Positions 58,221 through 64,000 of a stretch of 64,000 bases of DNA are shown in pieces. The stretch is taken from contig OZ024742.1 of assembly GCA_964016885.1 (NCBI GenBank), forward strand, positions 240,994,001-241,058,000. The letters run 5' to 3'. The stretch comes from Eledone cirrhosa. Lineage: Eukaryota. The notes under the pieces were generated by a model, which saw only the letters and a list, made by a program, of their open reading frames with translations, made no database searches and was not told the origin of the DNA. The number at the start of each line of letters is the position of its first letter. Position 1 is the first letter of the stretch. Made by a program: the position numbers and the translations under genes.

Positions 58221-61200
58221 CTACAGAACAATGTAGAGAGAAGGCCCATTTACACGGGCCTTTCTCGCTTCTTTCACCCACCTTTCATAAAACTGTCTGG
58301 GACCAAGCACTTCTCTCTCCATCCTGATTCTTCTTCCGAAGTGGTATCGGAAGAAGTAAACCAGGTGATGGCCGGAGAGAAAGTCACCCGACCTCAGACC
58401 TTTCAGGCGCGTCCACCACACAACCTCTTTCATCATGGCTATTACGCACAGAAAGACCGCCTCTGCTTCATTTCTGAAGGGAGGAGGCGGCTTGATGTTC
58501 ACCACAGACTCGGCGGTTAATCGAATCGGCGCCACACGCGACAGCAGTCGTTCGACGTAGCCCCACAGATCGGCAACGCCCGGGCAGTGTACCAGTGCAT
58601 GCGCAACGGTTTCCTCGTCGCGCACGCATCTGGGACAGATCTTTTTCGCGGGATCCCTGCCCGGGCGCCCGTGTCTGTAGAGCTTTTCTCGAACGGGCAG
58701 AGCCCCCCGGTAACACTGCCAGGCTAGGGACCTCTGGAAGTTGTCCATGGGTCCCGGGCCGAAAGTTCTACCGAACAGGCTGGCCAGTTCGTCCTCCTCC
58801 ATGCCTAGCGACTCTCCAAGGGTGTCGTCGCCCCTGCTAGCCACCAACCCTCTATAGAATGTCGAGGTGGATTCTCCACTGACAGTCGGGTCCGCTTGCC
58901 AGATAGCCGTGAGCGCCTGGGCACACTCAGTGTGCCAGTTGCCCAGTTTTCTCGGTCTTTGCTTCACCCAGGATTGCAGTTCGGTGAGCGAGACGAGCTG
59001 TGGGAAGGCTCGCCTCACAAACGGGGCCCACACCGGCTGACCGTTGAGGAATACCTGTAGATGCCGTAGCCTCAATGCGTGCCTACGCACCAACAGCCAC
59101 GGCATACCCAGCCCTCCTTTCGAAGGGTGCTGGCAGCAGATGGATCTCCTCACCATGGGAGGCTGCTTCTTCCAGAGGAACTGGAAGAGCATGCGTTCCA
59201 TGATGGTGAGCTTTTCCTTGGGGCAAGGCACGACGGTCAGGCGGTAGTAGATGACGGACGCTATGTAAGCGTTCGTCACCTCCGCCCGACCTTTCAGTGA
59301 TAGTTTGCACTTGGCCCACTTCTGGGTCAGCGCAAATACCCTGCTCGTCACCTCGCCCCAATTCTTCTCCACCTGGAGGTCCGGTCCGAACCAGACCCCG
59401 AGCAGCTTCACCGGGCCCTCCGTCCACCGCCCGACGACACCGTCTAACGGCATCGGTTTGCCCCTCCACGTTCCGAGTTGCAAACCGACTGACTTGTCCT
59501 GGTTCAGCTTAGCCCCCGTCAGCCTTTCGTATTCCTCCAGTAGGGTGGCGATCGCCCCGATTTCCGAGGCGTCCGCCACCATTACTGTTACGTCGTCGGC
59601 ATAGGCCGAGACCGCTTTGTGCAATCCCGGTTCCAGGGGTATGCCCCGCAGCAACTCCAACTTCCGCAGCAGTGGCTCGAGAGTCAATACGTACAGAAGG
59701 GAGGAGAGGGGGCACCCCTGTCTGATGGATCGGGTGATTTGAAACGGCTCCGAGAGGTAGCCGTTTACTTTAATCCTAGAGTAGATGTTGCCACTGTGCA
59801 TGGCAGAAATCCAGCCCCTGAAAACGGGTCCGAAGCCCGCCGCCGCTAGCACCGCATCCAGGTAACCATGGTCGACCCTATCGAACGCCTTAGATTGATC
59901 CAAGTTGATCAGGGCCCCACCAAAGCCGGGTTCGTAGCCAACCCTCTCTATGATGTATCGCATGAGGTGGAGGTTGTCGTGAATGGACCTGGACGGGATA
60001 GCGCATGTCTGCGCGTCTCCCACCAAACCACCCACCACAAGCGCCAACCTCTTCGCCAACACCTTGGCCAAAATCTGTAACTCTGCATTCAGCAGAGTTA
60101 TGGGCCTAAAGTTACTTAAGTCGTCCCCCTTGCTCTCGTCCTTCCTCACTAGCGTGACCACGCCCTTGGTCACAGAACAGGGAATTCTCCCGTTCTGTTG
60201 CCAGTTGCAATAGACAGCCTCGAGGAGTTCGGAGAACAAGACCGGCATAGCTAAATAAAGTTCGTATGGTAGACCATCGAGACCCGGGGATTTGCGTCTG
60301 CTGCATTGGCTGAGCGCTTCCCCGATTTCAGTGGCTGTGATTGGCCCTTCGCAGCACTCCGCTTCGCCGCTCGAAAGACGCGGTAGACCGTCGAGGTATG
60401 GACCGAAGTCCACATCCCCGTCCGGCCCCCCGCCACCTCCGAACAGTCGAGCAAAGTGCCTTTGAAAGGTCTCGCACATTCGCTCAGGTTCAAGGATCAC
60501 CCGTCCATCCTGGTCTCGCAAAGACCGAATGGTGGATTTAATCCCACTCTTGGCTTCTGTCACGCGGGCCCAGCTAACAGCTTTGGTCCCCACGTTTCCT
60601 AAAGCACGTATTTTACTTCGGACAACGCAGCCTTCGTGCTTCGCGTCAAAGAACTGGCTCAATGCCGTTCTCGTCGCTAACACTCTGGCTACGTCTCCGC
60701 TCCTAATCGCCTCTTCTAGTTTATCTGTTAACTCCCTTTCCCTCCTATTTCTATTCGCCGCTAGTTCCTTACTGTAACCTATCGAACTTACTCTAATCTC
60801 TCTCTTTAGAGATATCCACCACCTACTGTTGACGATCGCTCCCGTCAACCGCATCTTAACTAAGCTACTAATCCGGTTTCTGTAATCTTTCTTTGTCGGT
60901 AAGGACAAGTTCATCTTCCAGTAACCGGGACCCTGTCTATGCGTTCTATCAAGGTTGACCACGCAGGTCACTAATTTGTGATCTGAATAGCCAACCATGA
61001 TCAGTTCTGGACAACTAAATACGTCCCTATCCTTACTCCTAACCAAAAACCTATCTAGGTACGATCTAGATTGTCCACTGCGGTTTGCCCAGGTCCAGGT
61101 TGGCGCAGTTGGACAATCTAGTCGAAATCTATCGACCAGGTCGAATCGATCGAGTAACCCCTTGAGGCTGCTACACCCCCCTCTATCGGGACATGCCCCT

Positions 61201-61649
61201 GCATAGTCCCAACGTGCATCTAGGATTCCATTCCAGTCCCCCACTAAAAGCAGGGAACGCGACGTTCCTAGAAAAGTCTCCAGACGTTGGAAGAAGTCGG
61301 CTCTCTCCGCCCCGAAGGGAGCATAAAGACCGACCAGTCTGAAAGCCCCGCCTTCACCACCTCCGACGTCCAGCACCAGTAATCGACCCCCCGGGTCCGA
61401 GTGAACAATCTGTACGTCGAGAGTCAGACGTTTATCCAGCAGTACGGCAACTCCCCCCCCGCCTCCGGGTTGACAGAGAGATGCGTGCATCTCAAAGTCA
61501 TCGAAGGCGGGCGCCAGCTGTCTCACGCTGCTGATCCGACTCTCGCAAACAACCATCACATCTATACTTTGTAACCTGAGGTCACTTAGAAGCTTTGCTT
61601 GCTTCCAAGCTGAGCTCAGGCCACGCGCGTTCAAACAGCCAACTCTCAA
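58221..61649 (-). CDS. ORF2p: AP-like endonuclease, reverse transcriptase, C-terminal CCHC finger (1142 aa, no AUG at the start)
   Basis: CLNARG, CE, GDWN, SYLDRF, SDH; GPGYWK; SPGLDG, FRPITLLN, DQSKAFD, RQGCPLS, YADD; CPRC..EETVAHALVHC. L1/Tx1-type architecture. Confidence 0.95.
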   Translation of the reverse strand: MRVGCLNARGLSSAWKQAKLLSDLRLQSIDVMVVCESRISSVRQLAPAFDDFEMHASLCQPGGGGGVAVLLDKRLTLDVQIVHSDPGGRLLVLDVGGGEGGAFRLVGLYAPFGAERADFFQRLETFLGTSRSLLLVGDWNGILDARWDYAGACPDRGGCSSLKGLLDRFDLVDRFRLDCPTAPTWTWANRSGQSRSYLDRFLVRSKDRDVFSCPELIMVGYSDHKLVTCVVNLDRTHRQGPGYWKMNLSLPTKKDYRNRISSLVKMRLTGAIVNSRWWISLKREIRVSSIGYSKELAANRNRRERELTDKLEEAIRSGDVARVLATRTALSQFFDAKHEGCVVRSKIRALGNVGTKAVSWARVTEAKSGIKSTIRSLRDQDGRVILEPERMCETFQRHFARLFGGGGGPDGDVDFGPYLDGLPRLSSGEAECCEGPITATEIGEALSQCSRRKSPGLDGLPYELYLAMPVLFSELLEAVYCNWQQNGRIPCSVTKGVVTLVRKDESKGDDLSNFRPITLLNAELQILAKVLAKRLALVVGGLVGDAQTCAIPSRSIHDNLHLMRYIIERVGYEPGFGGALINLDQSKAFDRVDHGYLDAVLAAAGFGPVFRGWISAMHSGNIYSRIKVNGYLSEPFQITRSIRQGCPLSSLLYVLTLEPLLRKLELLRGIPLEPGLHKAVSAYADDVTVMVADASEIGAIATLLEEYERLTGAKLNQDKSVGLQLGTWRGKPMPLDGVVGRWTEGPVKLLGVWFGPDLQVEKNWGEVTSRVFALTQKWAKCKLSLKGRAEVTNAYIASVIYYRLTVVPCPKEKLTIMERMLFQFLWKKQPPMVRRSICCQHPSKGGLGMPWLLVRRHALRLRHLQVFLNGQPVWAPFVRRAFPQLVSLTELQSWVKQRPRKLGNWHTECAQALTAIWQADPTVSGESTSTFYRGLVASRGDDTLGESLGMEEDELASLFGRTFGPGPMDNFQRSLAWQCYRGALPVREKLYRHGRPGRDPAKKICPRCVRDEETVAHALVHCPGVADLWGYVERLLSRVAPIRLTAESVVNIKPPPPFRNEAEAVFLCVIAMMKEVVWWTRLKGLRSGDFLSGHHLVYFFRYHFGRRIRMEREVLGPRQFYERWVKEARKARVNGPSLYIVL

Positions 61650-61654
61650 TTGAT

Positions 61655-63490
61655 CTATTTTGGTGTTGAAAGTGAAGAAAGAAAAGTACTTACCTCTCCG
61701 GGTTGCGTAATTTCCATGGCATCAGGTGTGTTGGGTGGAGGGATGTTTTGTGGTGGTGTGGGGGTACACGTGTGTGGTGGGGTTGGGGTATTTGGAGTTG
61801 TGTCAGGGAGAGGGGCGGTTATGGGGAAATCTTTCAAGAGGACGCGATTCAACGGTTTTAAACAGGGGGGGCTCACGTCCCGTCTGAATTGTTCTTTTAA
61901 GGAACGATAAAGGTCCAGAGGGACCTTTATCATTTTTAAATGGGTGAAGTTCTCTGTTGAGATAAAGTTTGGCCCTTCGGTCTGCACCATAGGGTTATTG
62001 TTTATTAATTTAACCAGTTTTTTGTTTTCTTTATTTATATATGTGTATTGCAACGTCTTTTTTTGTGATGCTGTCAATGTTTCGGAGAGGGGAGGCGCAG
62101 ATTTATTTTTGTTTGTTGAGGGTGGGGTGTTTTTGATTGGAGTTGGTATTTGTGTGTGGGTTATTTGTGGTGTGCTGGGTGTGTGTTTTCTTTTTTTTCT
62201 TTTAACTTGTCTGAAGGCTTCTCCTCCTTCTTCTTCAGAAGTTGGGGGAAACTCTTCAGCGCTAGGTGGGAGGGACGTGTTGTGTGGTTGTTTTTTTTTT
62301 GCGGGAGGGGTAGATTTGTTACTGTTTTTTCTATTATTTGTTTGGAATGGGTTTTGTGGTGGTGGTGGTGGTAATGTTTGTGTCGTGCTTGTGGTTGGTG
62401 ATGGTGGTGGTGATGTTTGTGTTGTGGTTGGTGGTGGTGATTTTTGTGTCGTGCTTGTGTTTGGTGCTGGTGGTGGTGATGTTTGTGTTGTGTTTGTGGT
62501 TGGTGGTGTCTGTATTTTGTTTGCTGTGTGTGGTATTAGTGTATTTTTGGAGGTGGGTGGTGCTGGTGTACTGTTTGTGGTGGGTGTGGGCAATAGTCCT
62601 TTTTGGGGGATACGTTTCGGGCAGTTAGCCTTAACGTGTCCCCTTTCCATGCATAAATAGCATGCTGGTCTTCTCCCCTCTACAATTATGTCTATTGGGG
62701 TAAGGTCATCCAGCCAGATGCGATCCGGGATTTGTGCTATTCTTTCGGGCCTCATTTGGACTAGTATGTCGAGGCCCATTCCCAGGAACGCATCTCCAGT
62801 TGCCTTCCCCATTGACAGCATAGTGTCTTCGCCCATATCAATGAAGCCAGCAATAGCCCACCAGAAGTCCATTGTGGGCAGCATTGTTTTTACTTTTACT
62901 CTCTGTGTTCTTCTACCCATGTAGGAGGGATAGAAGCTATATGTTGTCGACGAGAGTGGGCTTAGGGAAAGCTTCTCCGCCGTTTCTTTGTCTCTTGTTA
63001 GGACCGAAATGCTGCCATAGAGTCGGTCCTTTCGTATGAAGAGAATATTCTTCATATAGTCTTTTAGGACTAACTCTATTTCCATTTGGCTGGGCTGTGC
63101 TGGCTTTCTTGTCTGGTTCAGTATAGTTCTGTATATAACTGTGTTTTCTGCTCTGGCTTTCTTGAATTCTGGGGGGGAGTTAATGGAAAACATTCCGTTC
63201 TCCCCCAAAACAATATGTTTCTTTGCTTCGGCCAGTTTTTCTCTGGCGGCAGTTAGGTCAATTGGTGTGTATGTAATGGATTGCTTTGTTTTCTGGGCGA
63301 AAGTTGCCCTGTCGTTATTTGTATTATTTTCTGTTTGTTTGTTTTCTGTTTGCTCATTTTCCTTAACATTTGTTTTTTCATTTTGTTTGTTTGTTTCAAT
63401 GTCTAATTTTGTTGTAATTATTTTTTGTTCTTCAGACTTGGGGGGCGTGGCAGAGCTAATGGCAGACATGTCTGCCATCTTTTCCGCCAT
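61655..63490 (-). CDS. ORF1p: gag-like nucleic-acid-binding protein with one CCHC knuckle (611 aa from the AUG at 63490)
   Basis: CYLCMERGHVKANC, Pro/Thr-rich linker, RQVKRKKRKH. Homologous to copy A ORF1. Confidence 0.9.
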   Translation of the reverse strand: MAEKMADMSAISSATPPKSEEQKIITTKLDIETNKQNEKTNVKENEQTENKQTENNTNNDRATFAQKTKQSITYTPIDLTAAREKLAEAKKHIVLGENGMFSINSPPEFKKARAENTVIYRTILNQTRKPAQPSQMEIELVLKDYMKNILFIRKDRLYGSISVLTRDKETAEKLSLSPLSSTTYSFYPSYMGRRTQRVKVKTMLPTMDFWWAIAGFIDMGEDTMLSMGKATGDAFLGMGLDILVQMRPERIAQIPDRIWLDDLTPIDIIVEGRRPACYLCMERGHVKANCPKRIPQKGLLPTPTTNSTPAPPTSKNTLIPHTANKIQTPPTTNTTQTSPPPAPNTSTTQKSPPPTTTQTSPPPSPTTSTTQTLPPPPPQNPFQTNNRKNSNKSTPPAKKKQPHNTSLPPSAEEFPPTSEEEGGEAFRQVKRKKRKHTPSTPQITHTQIPTPIKNTPPSTNKNKSAPPLSETLTASQKKTLQYTYINKENKKLVKLINNNPMVQTEGPNFISTENFTHLKMIKVPLDLYRSLKEQFRRDVSPPCLKPLNRVLLKDFPITAPLPDTTPNTPTPPHTCTPTPPQNIPPPNTPDAMEITQPGEVSTFLSSLSTPK

Positions 63491-63491
63491 G

Positions 63492-63630
63492 CTGCCAAGA
63501 AAGAAATTTTTCGGCAAAAATAAATATTTATTTTACCCCCTAAAAAGGGGGTAAATGCAAAAATGTTTCCCTAAATAACAGGGGTTAGTGTTCCAAATGT
63601 GTTGCACTAAAAAATTTATCCGGTACTTAC
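63492..63630 (-). promoter_or_regulatory. Putative 139-nt 5'UTR intron of LINE copy E (counterpart 20324-20471 in copy A)
   Basis: TT|GTAAGT donor and tttctttcttggCAG|cATG acceptor. Copy A has TT|GTAAGT and tcgtctggCAG|aaATG. Confidence 0.6.
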
Positions 63631-63884
63631 AATAGTAAGGGTAAATCCCGATGGAATAGCGGAGCCGATGCGAAGCGTGTCTTACTCTATCAAGATAGAG
63701 AGATAGATAGAGAGATAGATAGAGAGATAGAGAGATAGATAGAGAGATAGAGAGATAGATAGATAGATAGAGAGAGAGAGAGTATTCGTGTTACAATGAC
63801 CACCATCAATATGAATTGATAAATATATACATAATTACGTATAAATCATATCTATATATGTATGTATATATATATATGTATATA

Positions 63885-63924
<40 letters not shown>

Positions 63925-64000
63925 TCCGGGAGCTTCCAACAGAAATGGTCGCATTCTTTAAGGGTATGTCAATATTTATTTATAAAACTGATCTATATTA

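Larger units (their letters stand above)
57989..63692 (-). mobile_element. Tx1-clade LINE copy E, full length (~5.7 kb) with both ORFs intact, in a (GATA/GAGA)n array
   Basis: Uninterrupted ORF1 and ORF2, AATAAA at 58002-57997, (GATA)n variant arrays at 57909-57988 and 63694-63780. Confidence 0.95.

Noticed and set aside
61655-61693. 39-nt mini-intron (41 nt in copy A) that might fuse ORF1 to ORF2
   Set aside because: Splicing to the nearby TAG does not put ORF1 in frame with ORF2 in E (GAG ATC AAT TGA) or in A, and copy C lacks that TAG.
61944-63554. Antisense ORFs over LINE ORF1
   Set aside because: They are shadows of the biased A/C-rich ORF1 codon usage and show no recognisable domain.

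Overview
Eukaryotic, microsatellite-saturated, non-genic DNA, probably from an octopod cephalopod (inferred from the tRNA-derived SINE family and the extreme TA/CA/TCTA density). No host gene can be recognised, and almost all listed ORFs are microsatellite artefacts. The real content is transposable elements. (1) Five insertions of a Tx1-clade (APE-RT-CCHC) LINE, all in (TCTA)n microsatellites with the same polarity: a head-to-tail stack of four at 20.2-30.9 kb, and one full-length copy with intact ORFs on the minus strand at 58.0-63.7 kb. (2) Two Penelope-like elements with inverted or fold-back ends, plus many pLTR-like fragments carrying hammerhead-like cores. (3) Non-autonomous Helitrons, Tc1/mariner derivatives, a hAT MITE, CRE-clade fragments, SINEs and two minisatellites. 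The best candidate for a new system is the splice architecture of the (TCTA)n-targeting LINE. Diverged copies keep a GT-AG intron in the 5'UTR that ends just before the ORF1 AUG. They also keep a GT(A/A/G)-type donor at the end of ORF1 paired with a pyrimidine-rich CTGTAG acceptor that is the ORF2 stop codon itself. The whole of ORF2 may therefore be an intron, giving an ORF1-only subgenomic mRNA. This is inferred from sequence and needs RNA evidence.
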